Assembly: GCA_030248215.1 (NCBI GenBank)
Contig: JASANG010000957.1
Coordinates: forward strand, 372,001-416,685
DNA from: Enoplolaimus lenunculus
Lineage: Eukaryota
DNA length: 44,685 nt
Reading direction: 5' to 3'
The notes below the pieces were generated by a model that saw only the letters and a list, made by a program, of their open reading frames with translations, was not told where the DNA came from and did no database searches. Every line of letters begins with the position of its first letter. Position 1 is the first letter of the stretch. The translations under genes and the position numbers were made by a program. Positions 10,816 through 23,200 of the stretch are shown in pieces.

Positions 10816-12737
10816 AAAATTATATAAATCATATTCAGCGTATTAACCGTGCGCAGTTGTTCGTACCAAACAATAATCCGTTACGTATAAACTAACGTGC
10901 GTATATATCAAATTAACACAACGTTGATTGCGAATTGCAGAATTACAACTTGTGACGTTGCGTATATAACTTGTATTATGTTTGTAGGTGCTCCCGTACT
11001 GTCGCTAGTCCTAATTGGAATTGCAAATGTGGCCTATTGCCAGCGGGTGTTATTTTGAGACAAAAAGTAGCATATTGCAGGTGGAAATGATGCCAAAAAA
11101 ATTTCTAGCTGGATAATTAACATCGGTGCATATATAATTAAGTGTACGTAGATAAAACCAAGAGTATATAAGGATAATGACCACTTTGCAGAAGAGTGTG
11201 CAATAGGCATTTGAATTTTTTTCGCCCCTCCCGTTCTGGGGTGTACAGTTGACCGTGACCGATTTTCTTCACTTTAAGTCATATATACATATTTAATTAG
11301 TTCCTCCGATCATGCTTCTAAATGAAATATCTATATGTATTACATGCTTCCAATAATATCGGTTCCCCAAAAACAGGGGTAAAGCTTTAACATCACGTGC
11401 GCTGTAGAAGTGTCGTGAACAAAGCCAAATCTTTTCATAATTCCTTGTCTACACTCTACATAGCCTCTGGCCTTAAATTTCGTGGCCCTGGTGCTGTGCT
11501 GCCCCCAATACATCTCATGTGCATTGAAACATTTTATACCATTCAACAGCGCCTTAGTTGCATCGTCTTCCTTAATGCAGCCATCATCAAATTTTTGTAA
11601 ATTTCAAAGTGGATGGTGCACATGCTACATAATATCCTTCAACAAGAGTATGCAACTGGATAAATTCTGTGTAGTAAATAGTGTACCCTGCACGTGGTGC
11701 AGGTTGCTTTACCCTCCTCATTTCCGAATGGTCGAAAGTGATTCGTTCATATTTTTCGATAGAATTTTTTCATTTTAATGTGTATTCTGTATCTGACCGT
11801 CGCTCCTCCTTATGAATGTGGGGTGCGGGCAAAACGCAACGCGTGTGGTACTTTTGATGGTGCACGCATGTAGGACAGCTGCACACTTTTCTCCAAAGTG
11901 TCCCTTATCTTGCGAGTCTTGGTAAAACCAATCGTTAAGCTGTTGGCGATAGGTCATACAGCAATATTATCTGACTGCAGACTCATGCATTCAGCAGTGA
12001 CAACAAGCACGATTTTCTGGGATTGGTCGTGGTCCTAAGTACGTATACGTTAATTGCATTGAAGTTTGTTTGTGTTGTTTAATAATATTTGTTGGATACA
12101 CGCAGTGACGGTTGCCTTTTACAAAAATTCGTATTATAATTTCAATGTGAATAATAACGGTGTTTCATTGTGCGGTTACTTTTTAACGTTTTGGATCGCA
12201 TTTGTTTATTATAAACGTACCATAAGTAATCGGTTCGTCGCCGTTCAAGCAAGACCTTTAATACGGATTGATATAGCAATAATTTTAACCGTATATTATT
12301 TTGAGCAAACCATGCATACATTGCCATATGTTTTAAATTTTGTTTCTTTGCCTGCGACACAAAACATAGATGTTTTTGAACGTTCGTTCAAGTCCATTGC
12401 ACAGTTGCACAACTGCAATTTTGATAGACTGAATATCCGTTTCGACTACGTTACCAGGTTTCGATCAGAATATATTGTTCAACCATGGTCGACTGAGATG
12501 AATGGATTACGTTTACACAAGACTGTGCAACGGTTTAATTCACCAAAAGTGCTATTTCTTCTAATACCACAGCCGATTTGACGGAAATGCGATCACAGTA
12601 TTGTCTGTGTGCAATATTGACCAGTTCCTTCATACACGGAACAGTGTCTGGCAAAAATGTAACGCGCGCCAATATATTATATATTCGTGCTGGCTGGCGG
12701 ATTGCATAGCCTTTTCCGAGGTTTATCGTCGACTCTT

Positions 12738-12780
12738 AATAATAATAATAATAATAATAAATAATAATAATAATAATAAT
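12738..12780. repeat. (AAT)n microsatellite
   Basis: Direct reading; one phase shift. Confidence 0.9.
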
Positions 12781-15393
12781 TTGCTACAGGAAAATTTTGT
12801 AATTGTAGCGAAATGTGCGATGTGCGTTGTCGTATATACCGAGTGTCTCGGGATGTTTAGTTCATTATCAATATTGGTTTGTTAACTGCAGTAATTTTAT
12901 TGTCTGTTCAGTTATAACATATTTTTGTTGTTTGTAGTTTTTTATACTCGTTATACCCCTTGTTGTATGGTGCAGGTTAATATCCTGATGGAACAGCGTT
13001 ATGTTCTATAACAGCGATCTGCCGACGTATGTACTGAAATTGTAGTCAAATAATGCGTAATACCGAAATGGTGGACATTGCATTCAAATAATAACATATA
13101 ATAAGGCTTGCGGTTTTCTGGTAATAATTGTTGTGCGAAATCTTTCCAGGTGAATGTCTTGATCGTAGCAGCATCCGACGCCTTCTAAATGGTAAGAAAA
13201 ATTTCCTCAATTATATATACGATTTCGAACGGGACGACACAGAACAAGTCAGATATCGGACAAACAATCTCAGGAAATTCCTACCGATGAATATGCTTCC
13301 AGTTGCGCTTGTATTTATGGGTGTCGTGTTTTCAGCGTGACTGCTGTACAGTACGTAGGTATGCTATGCGTACACGTTTTAAAGTATTTTTTTTGCTCAG
13401 GCTTAGGAATATGCTTGTTTAGGCTTGTGTTACGAGCCATTAAATTAACATTGTCGTTTCAGGTATGGATTCCTGTTTTATCTATAAACGTAATAATATA
13501 TTATGATGTAAACGGTGGTAATGGTTTTAATACGGATTGCGACGACTGTCTGAACAATAACAATTGCCCAATCGCGATATTTGCCCAAGTTGTTGAAACT
13601 TTTATATAATGTATAGAAAGTAACCAAGGGAACAAGTAATCAGGGTGGTACCGAATCCACGATTGGACCGAATCTGAATCCATTGCTAATTTGTCGAATC
13701 GGGATCAGAATTCCAACTATATATACTTAGGCAGAAATTTCATCGACTCGACAATTCGTTGTCCATCATTATGTTTATGGCTTACGGTTATGCTTAGGAT
13801 TAAGGTTTAAATTAGATTAATTTATAGCTTTTGGGACACTGTGGGCGACAAGTTGTCGGTCGAAGAAGTATCGTAGATTCGTAATCACCATGTGTTGTGT
13901 GACTGGCGTACACAATAATCTAATCTTAAAGTACATTTGGCACCTTGCTGGCCCTGTTGGCAAAATCTTCTTTATCATATACGGTTACTATTTTCACTGC
14001 TTCTTGCATAGAAATACGCACGTCTACTGTTTGAGCAATTGTCGCGTTTGAACAATAATTATTCTTCTGGGTATTTGTCGTAAATCCGTTTTAGTGTATT
14101 ACGTGCTGTTATTATTATTATTATTATTATTATTAATCACTGTTTGTTGCCAGCATTTTGGTTTATTTACATATCGATGCATGTATTATGCGCAAATATA
14201 GCGAATTAAACACAATGATTGTAGTACAGGCAGGCAGTGTCTATCGGTTGTCTTAGCGTAATGTTTTGTGTCGACACTGAAATGGTTTCTACATAATATT
14301 TAGTTGTTTTGAAAATAACAAACTATTCGATTTACTTTGACATGTCTACAAGTACCGCATAGTTTAGATTAGATAGATGGATAGATAAATAGCATACTGA
14401 CACTGAAACCACGATGTGACGGCGTCTGAATTCATTGGTAATTTGCCGAGTCCAAATCTGAACCTTGCGTTTTGTAAATTTCCGACAAATCAATATTTGT
14501 TGTTTCAGACTACCATAGCAATTAGAGCACAGCTTTTTGATTTTCAAAACTAATAACATACGTACGCATGTATACGTAATATTCCACCAAATCTACTTTT
14601 TTTCGCAAACAGTAATTATTTCGTTTCTGGCCTCAGTTCTGCGAGTTGTGATCTGAAGTAAGCAATACATAATTGATTTACATAACAAGTTATTGAACGG
14701 TTTTATTGCTTAAAAACGTAAGCCAAATATTGCGTTGAAATGTAAGATGAAGCGATTTTAGTTGTATCGACGGTTGATGTGTTGTTCGAGTGTAAAAGAA
14801 TCGCACATCGTAGGGATTTGTTGACCAAAATAACTTTGAAGTTTGGTTTCAGCAAATAATAATTATACAGCAATCTGACCGTATACGACTGTCTGCGATC
14901 GTGTTATATGTAATTGTTAAACGGTGAATAGTATGTTGCTTATATGCAATGCCAACAGAACACACAACTGGCTACTGGATCAAAGCCAAGGGATGAATAC
15001 GTATCTGTTGAATGATACCGCGCTGGCATTATCTTTCGAACGATTTATAGGATGAAAACAAGAATTCCGATTCCGATTACAATTCCGATTCAAAACGAGC
15101 GCCGACTCCGATTGCACAATCAATCGGAATCGGATTTGTGAGTGTTCAATTTTAGGCCTACTTGTTGTGATATACTTGTGTGGTATAAAAATTCTGCATC
15201 ATTTATCTGTTCAATTATTGTTTTCGATGAGTTAACGTATCAATTGGAATTGCTGATTTTGGTATAAATTTGCTGTTCCGACTGTGGTATAATCCAGTTT
15301 CGCTTTGCGCACTGGATCACACTGGATGGAAGCTAACGTTGAATGTGAGGTTGCGATCGACGGCCGAGGAGGCTTCAGTTTTGTTTACGTATA

Positions 15394-15394
<1 letters not shown>

Positions 15395-15432
<38 letters not shown>
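15395..15432. repeat. (TA)n microsatellite
   Basis: Direct reading. Confidence 0.9.
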
Positions 15433-15434
<2 letters not shown>

Positions 15435-17171
15435 CAACCTTACTGTTATAATATAGTTTGCTGTCATTATTCAAAAAATAATATACTATTTACTATTGTT
15501 TTTTGTTTTGTGCCTTGGGTTGCGACGACTTTTGCGACTTGCTTCTCTATTCTGTTTGGTGGCGATTTGTTTATGTTTGTCGACATATTGGTATATATAG
15601 TACTTAGTATATATATATACGAGATACCTACTACAATATCAAAAGTTGATAGTCTATTGTGTTCTGTAATACGGGAGGTTACAGTAGGCCAGCGCGTTCC
15701 AGCGGAATTCCGATTCCGGCTAAAATTACGATAAAATTTGGGTTCCGTTTCCGACTGATTGCTAGTCCGATGCCGGAATTGGCGATCGTTCGGTAATGAT
15801 TTGTTTCAGGGGATTGAATTTTTATTTTGACTGCGTTTTTTTCGTTCGTTTGCAAATCTGTCTTTTCGTAGTAAGTATTCTCACAGTGTTACTTGAACAG
15901 CATCTAACAGAGCAACTAAAATGCGTTTGATTATCAAATGTGACTGCAATTGAAAACTTTAAGTTTTATCTTCAAACGAATAACAAAATCTAAACTTAAA
16001 ATTCTATTTCATAGCGGCAGAAAGGAATAATAGCACCACAAATTTTCAAATATAGCTCGATATTTAGTACAACAGTATCCTTACTGCAGTGGCAACGGAA
16101 CTTCATACACTTGGTTAATTTTCAAAAATTCTGGGCACTGTTATTTACGATTTTACACGACTTTTCATGTTTAAAGCTTTAAAATGCTATAAATATTTAA
16201 CTGTAATTAAAATTTAGGTCAAGATGATACAGTGCTCTGAGAATTGACAAGCGTCCATTAATGTCATACGTTTTATACCGTTAGTAAATTGCTAATACAG
16301 TCAGCTATACAAGCTATTTTTACTGAAATTTATGAACAATACAGTCAGGCATACTTGCAACAAAAGTCATACGCTTTACTTTTTAATAAAATTACTAAAA
16401 CTTAAATTCCCATTCCTGTTCCAGCAAAAAATTTGATTCCGATTCCGCTTCCATTTGCGACAAAATGTACATCCGATTTGAACCCTGCAGTATTAGATAT
16501 CAGGTTTATATAACATTCTTTCAGGAAAGTTCGCTATCGATATGGCTTTCACCGATATTACTTTACTAGCATATATGAAGGCCAAGTGGACTGTTTGGTT
16601 TTTGCAAACATGTGCATGTGCAGTTTGGCAATTTTGTAGGCATTAAAATTTTGCCCATACATTACCCACGAGTCTGTGTATATACAGAAGCTGTACAAGA
16701 CAGGTTTTTGACAAATATGGTTCAGTTGTTAATATCAAGTTTTCTCATATATATATATTAGCCTAATCTTGGTTCCTTCTAAATCTGATGGTTTCAAAAA
16801 TGTTTGTTTCTTTTAAACCTGACGGTTGGTTTTTAAAGGCGGGTGGGGCTTCGTTTACATCACACAGTTTATCAATTTTGTTACGGTGGAGCGTATTGTC
16901 TATCATCGAGCATTAATTATTCGTCTTATATGTAAGCTCCAATTTTCGTATTGAAATGGCAAACAAAATTCTGTTGTCACGTTTGTTGCGTGCTGATGTA
17001 ATTCATGATTTATTCCTACGCTATTTTTCCAAAAAAAATTGAAGGCGCATGCTGTTGTATTGTATCAGTTGTAAGAATGAGTCGCATATTATCGATTTGG
17101 GTCAGCATCTGTAATCGCGGAAAGCTATAATTCGTATTATCATTCTGTATCAATATGCGCAATGTTTTTTG

Positions 17172-17238
17172 AATAAATTATCATAAACGATTTTTAATAA
17201 ATTATCATAAACGATTTTTAATAAATTATCATAAACGA
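17172..17238. repeat. 24-bp minisatellite, about 3 copies
   Basis: AATAAATTATCATAAACGATTTTT repeated perfectly. Confidence 0.9.
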
Positions 17239-18095
17239 ATTATAATTGAGATGTTTTTTTGAGTTCCGGTCGCATCCTGTTCGAAAGTATTTTTATTTGT
17301 GGTTTTAAGGTTTGTGTTATTATATATATATAAACTATGTGCAACGCAAATTCTAGCATATTTGTATATGTAGGTTACATGGGTACTGTAGTAGGTAATT
17401 CGAACAAAGACGGCGGGCCCAGTTTGAGTGCCACTCAATAGGAGTCCGTATCGGTAATAAGAGACTGTAAGCTAATACAGTTCCTAAACACTAATTAGTA
17501 TCAATCAATGTCGAAGCTAGTGTTATACTTTTGTAAGAAATACGGATTGTTCAGCGAGTATACTGATCCAAAATCTCAACGGCTTTCTTTCGTTAAATTT
17601 AACCTAGTCTCGTAGGATAACATGGCTGTACTAAATTCTGTATCTCATTTCAATCTACAAGGTATTGTACAGTACCGGTGGACTGCAGTGAGTACATCAT
17701 ATATGTGCTTTAGTTTCATATACTTTGCGATGTTATTTTTCATGTTGCTGTCGGTTTGAAGTCAAATATTCGGCCAAAATGTTCTCAACAGAATCTGCAA
17801 CTGGTTAGTTGGGCCAGAAATTGAACACCATTTTGTCTACCATTAGAGAACCCAATTTCGAAAGTGCGCCATATATGCTATTTTTAAAATAACCCATTCA
17901 GTTCATTTGCGCTTGTTTTAATAAATTAAATAAATTTGAGGTTGTTTTTTTGTTGGAGCTGATACCTTAAACTCCACTGAGCTGATTAATCAATTTCGGT
18001 AGCGAGCTACTTATTTTTGAGTAAATATTTAACGTTAGGGGAAACTCGTTTTAGAAATGACCAATATTTTAAACTTTCAATCATATTTCTGGCCC

Positions 18096-18175
18096 ATGTT
18101 ACTTTAAGGGGCGTCCTGGTTTCTGGTGGGTCTATAAAAGGGTAAGTAGGTTTCGATTCTAGATTACTTTTTTTG
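18096..18175 (+). repeat. Dispersed repeat fragment shared with 43757-43832
   Basis: ATGTTACTTT.AGG.GCG.CC.GGTTTC.GG.GGGTCTATAAAAG...GTAGGTTT.GATT.TAGATTAC at both loci. Confidence 0.7.
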
Positions 18176-19596
18176 GCGACCAGGCCTTTATTTGCAAATG
18201 ATTTATCAAATACAAAACAATAATTAACGTAATAACATTAAGAATAGTTGAAATCGACAACACAATGCCAATATAACAAATTTTCGTACACAATTTTCAA
18301 AAATTATCTAACTAATGCCAAAATTGTCTCACTCTGAAACCTATAACAGAGTTTGTAGGCGCAGCTATTTTTGCAAAATAACGGAAAATTTTCCGTTTAG
18401 GCTTTGGAACTCGCAAAATCTACTGTTACGCCCCTGACATAGGAGTGAAGCTATAATGTAAGTTTTCTCATCGAAAGAACTTTTTTGTTACCTCAAGGTC
18501 CGTTTATGATCTTGTTATAGATGGCTAATTATTGCTCATGTTTCATATTCCACGGTTAGCATACCTATGTTAAAACTGACGTGGTCATTCGTCAGGAAAA
18601 TGCAGCAGCCGTATTTTTCATAAAATTATTAATCCTCGAACGAACCAGTTGACAATTATAACATGTTTTAAATATGACCTGATTAAGTTGTTTTAAAACT
18701 TACTTACATAAAACAAGAAACACATCTTCGCCACTTTTACTTAACAATTTAACGAGTCACTTACAAAAACATTTTCACCAATAAACGTGATACATGGAAC
18801 GTGAGGTGTTGGCAATTTTGGTAGTGAAATTTTTCGTATTTTGTTCAAGTTCTGCTTTTCATAGAGTTTGTTTGTAGCTTTAGCAAAATTTTGGAACCTG
18901 TACAATGGAGCTTCTTCAAACAAGATGCTTTTAAAACTAAATTTTTGACAGTGTTAAAAGTCGCAAAATTAACACAATTATATTTTTGTTTCATCTGCTG
19001 CTCCGACCAAATTTGTTGACCACAGAATGCGGCTTTCCACTTGAGGTTGAAGAACCCTACTACAAAACTATTAATTCTTTATGTACCTAAACGTTTTCCA
19101 CAGAACACTGTTGCTATGACGCCATGATCCCAAATGAACACATCACTCCAAATATTATCTCAATCCTCAAATACGACAGAGTAACAACATTAACCATTCG
19201 ATTACGCAATATATAACAGCGTGTAACCGCATATTCGTTTCCGGTAAAAATAGACGCCTGTTTCCGGTATAGAAATACCACAAGTTCCGTCATTTTTATA
19301 CGCATAGTTGTTATTTGTAAATCACTTTAAATCATTTCATTTTTTTTAATACAGATATTGCCGCAAATATTTGATTTGAAATCAAAATGGCAAATCTTCA
19401 TCGAATATTTCAATAGCCATTTTCCGTCTCCGTCATATTTAAGCTCTTCTCACATTGAGTTGCCTATAAGCAACTCAGCGCAGTGTATATACGTTAAATA
19501 TTATATATCGCACCGTGTTTAACAATTGCAACACGTATACATAGTATATACTAAAGCATTACAAGACGTGAGAGCCTCCTCGGGCTCGAGCGTCAA

Positions 19597-19665
19597 GCTC
19601 CTATAGCTGAGTGGTGATCGTATACGCCTTCCACTCCAGTCACTGGAGTTCGAATCCTAGCATTA
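19597..19665 (+). mobile_element. tRNA-derived SINE head / tRNA pseudogene
   Basis: Pol III A box TAGCTGAGTGG and B box GGAGTTCGAATCC at tRNA spacing, but no complete cloverleaf or acceptor stem. Confidence 0.55.
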
Positions 19666-20261
19666 AAATAGGTCTCAGGGAAAATGGAAAATATTCATGT
19701 GAGAAAGGGTTAATATCCGTTTACACAATGCAACATAGTATAAAATTATAATCATAATAAAAAGATATATATACATCATAAAAACACGAGTCTGCGAAAT
19801 AAATTGAAAAATGTTATTAAATTGCACAACTAAATGGGATAAAATTGGTCAAAATCGGTAACGCCAGCAGTGACGTATGAAATTGCATAATACGGTTAGC
19901 ACCGAAGTAGCCGCAAGCAAAACTACTTGGGTAACATTAAAATGAGCATGCTGTTCCACTATTGAATGGCCTTTTTTACAAGTATTTTCCAGCACTATAT
20001 ATACGGGTCTACTCACTGGGAGATACGGATTGGAAAGCTTAAATACTGGCAAGATGAGGCTCAATGCTCAGACTTATGCTTACGCTTGGCTTAGTGGACA
20101 AGGCAGACGCTTAGAGTGAACATGCGTTGTCCATACAACACACAATTTGTAACAACCCAATTTGATTATTATATAACTGTGATTAAAATAAGATTCCAAA
20201 AATAACAATCTGGATCGATCAACACATTGAACAACTATGAATAAATATTTTCATTATGAAT

Positions 20262-23200
20262 TTAACGCTGGTATGGATGCATTCGATGTACTACACCAGG
20301 TCCGGGAGGCCCCAGCGGTCCTCCTCTATGATGCGGCGGAGGCCCAGCTCCTGATAGCTGCGGAGGGGACCGATCGCCAGGCGGGCCGTAAGGCGGACCG
20401 CCACCTACCATATTATTATGATGTAACCCCGGAGGCCCTTCATAACCATCAACACCATGTGGCCCAGGTCCTGCGTGCGGCGGTCCGGAATGATGCATCA
20501 TTGGTGGGCCGCTTCCTCCTCCGCCGTGAGGACCAGCCATCGGCCCTGGGCCAGGACCAATTGGCGGCGGCAATCCATTACCGTTTGCGCTTCCCGCTGG
20601 ATAAGGCGGAGCAGCCCCTCCAACATATTGCGGTGGACCCGTCGGCGGGCCTCCATAAGGACCACCACGAGGCGGTCTAAAAAACGAAACACCACAATAA
20701 AAGCAAAAAATATTATGCGATCAAACATTCAAATTATTTTTTATTTAAACGATAATGCAAAATCATGTAGGCAAATATTATCTTAACGTTGTGTAGCTAC
20801 CGACAAGAAGTATAAACAACTTTGCCCAGCTTGAAATAATGATCACCTATCATATCGCTGTAAATGCTGATCTTACGAACTAAGAACAGATACAATTCTC
20901 AATTGTGCGTAGTATCATCTATCTGGCAACTTAACGAGAAACAGAGTTTCATACTACAAAGTCACAAGATGCAAAATTAGCGTACCCGAAATCATTTGGT
21001 GGCTGATGATGTTGCTTGTTCATGCCTCCTTGACGAAAATCATCAACGACATTGCTACCACCACGTCGCCGTTGATCTCCTATGAGGTTTCGTGGAGGAA
21101 TTGGCGGTCCTGGAAAAAGCCCATCTGTGGTTCCGGTTGGTGCGTCTTGTGCGCTCACAAATGTCATTTTGATACCGTTGAATCCGCTGAATTTTGCTTC
21201 TGAAACAAGCTGTTTATATTACTGCCGGTGTCGCTAAAAATAACCATAAACAATGCAAAACAATAATCTAACAAACTGTAACTGACATACGTTACTATCA
21301 AGCGACGAGTGATTTATAAGTTATATACATAGAGTTATTTCCTAAAATAGCCTCCTAGCTGAAACGTGATCTGGTACAGTTAAAGTGATGACAATCAAAA
21401 TGACGATAATAAGACTGCCAGCCACAAGAAACGTTTTAACTTCATTGTGACATACCTTTCTCACGGCCGAGCTTTTTGTGATTACATACAGCAATCGCGT
21501 CTGTGGCATCTTCGACTGATTGAAATTCAGCCATCCCTGCTATGATTTTGGCTGAGTCGCCTAAAAATAATCTAGGTGTATATATTTGGTCCGAGTCAAT
21601 CTATTGGTCAAGTACATAATGACATGTACGCTGTATGTAACAACGGATTGTGTATGGGTATGAAACAGAGTCGTAATAGTAGTACACGCATATTCCTAAC
21701 CATAAGCCTAAGCGTTAACCCCTGATCAATAGGTGGGCCGTAATAGACTATGGATTATATTCAGAACTAAAATGAAACGAGACTCTAAATTATTCTAAAT
21801 AATTTGTAACAATTTAAACAACAAAAAATACATACAAAGATCGATAAGAAACAAAAAATTTACCTAATTTGTTTTTGAGAATGGTGATTTTTGGTGCAGA
21901 GCAGTCAGAAGACGTAAATAGCTGTAAATACAAAACATTTCAATCATTGAATACGTCATTTAATTTCTTATTGACTGAAAAACTCGAGAAACAACCATAA
22001 GACTGCAGAAATAACACGAGCTAAACTCAACTTAGCGGGTTTCATGTAAGTATGCCATTAAACGTTTGACAGTAGTTGCAGTTATTAAGCGAAGCTACGA
22101 AAAATTAATGAAATTACACATTTTTGACGCAAAACAATATTTTAACATTTTTCAAAAGGCATTGCAAACTTGCCTAATGCTCAATTTACACAATCGTTCG
22201 CTTCTTATCACAATATGAAGCTACACTCAAGCATCCAAAGAAATAAATTGTGCCAAAAAATTTTTGAAAAAATATAAAAAATTAAATAACAATAACACAG
22301 TTTGCAAACACATTTAAGGTAGTCATCTATTTTGAAAATATTAGTGTCCAAATGGTATACAGCAAATTTATCTTTTATTCTCTAAGCTCATATATGCTAA
22401 AACAAAATGGTTAATAAGATCTAATATCAACTAGTGTAACAAATCTCAATAAATTAAGCCGACAGCTTTTCTAAGTATTTCGTAGTCATATCTAAACCAA
22501 TTACTCCGTTCTAAACTTAATCCTAATCGCTCACTCAATCTGAGCTGCGAAATAATGGTGACCACTGTTTACGCCATATTCTTAGTTGAACATAGCACCT
22601 ATCACCAGTTATCAAAAACGAAGTTCTCAAACAACCGAACTATGGCATCTGAGCTGAACAGACATCATATGGTTAACCCAAGTAAAACAAATAGTGTGCT
22701 AGTTTTCTTTCGATCCTCATCATTCAATAGTTCTTAAGATCAATCATCGATCGGTGATAAATGCTACACCTGTTACGTTTTTTGACTCCACAAGCGAACC
22801 TATCCGACAGGGTGCAATCGGAATTCGGATTCCGAGAATTCCGATTAAAAACGACTGCACAATCAATCGGAATCGAAATTTCCACATCTTAATTTTAGGG
22901 CAACAACTTTTCTGTTGCAACAAAAAACTACAAAACCTAATATTTTTAGTTTACTTGTAACTACGAACACTACTTACCTCAACCATTTCTTTTTCGGTAA
23001 TGTCAAACGGTGCATTAGACCAATAAAGTGTCGCTCGTGGTTCGACAAGTCGATTTCTTGACGACGCATCAATATCCGGGAATCGATTGTTCCGGTTGCC
23101 GACGTATTCCCGGTATCCGGGTGAACCATCCGGCAGCGTTTCCGGTGTGCCTTTGTTCCATGTTATGCGTTGATTGTGTGCTGGCCTGTAATGTTCAAAA

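Noticed and set aside
12066..12581. 171-aa ORF, the longest in the track
   Set aside because: Non-ATG start, no recognisable domain, no supporting exon structure.
15270..15734. 154-aa ORF
   Set aside because: Runs through a (TA)n microsatellite and T-rich non-coding sequence.
19597..19665. Functional tRNA gene
   Set aside because: A and B boxes are present but acceptor and anticodon stems do not pair.
20237..20786. Overlapping 147-aa, 109-aa and 76-aa ORFs
   Set aside because: Shadow frames of the GC-rich Pro/Gly last exon of hnRNP L.
21700..21722. TAAGCCTAAGC as another telomerase template (also 44510-44521, and TTAGGCTTA in the HINE copies)
   Set aside because: Antisense to the host gene or inside dispersed repeats, and lacking the surrounding helices and ACA hairpin seen at 7185-7595.
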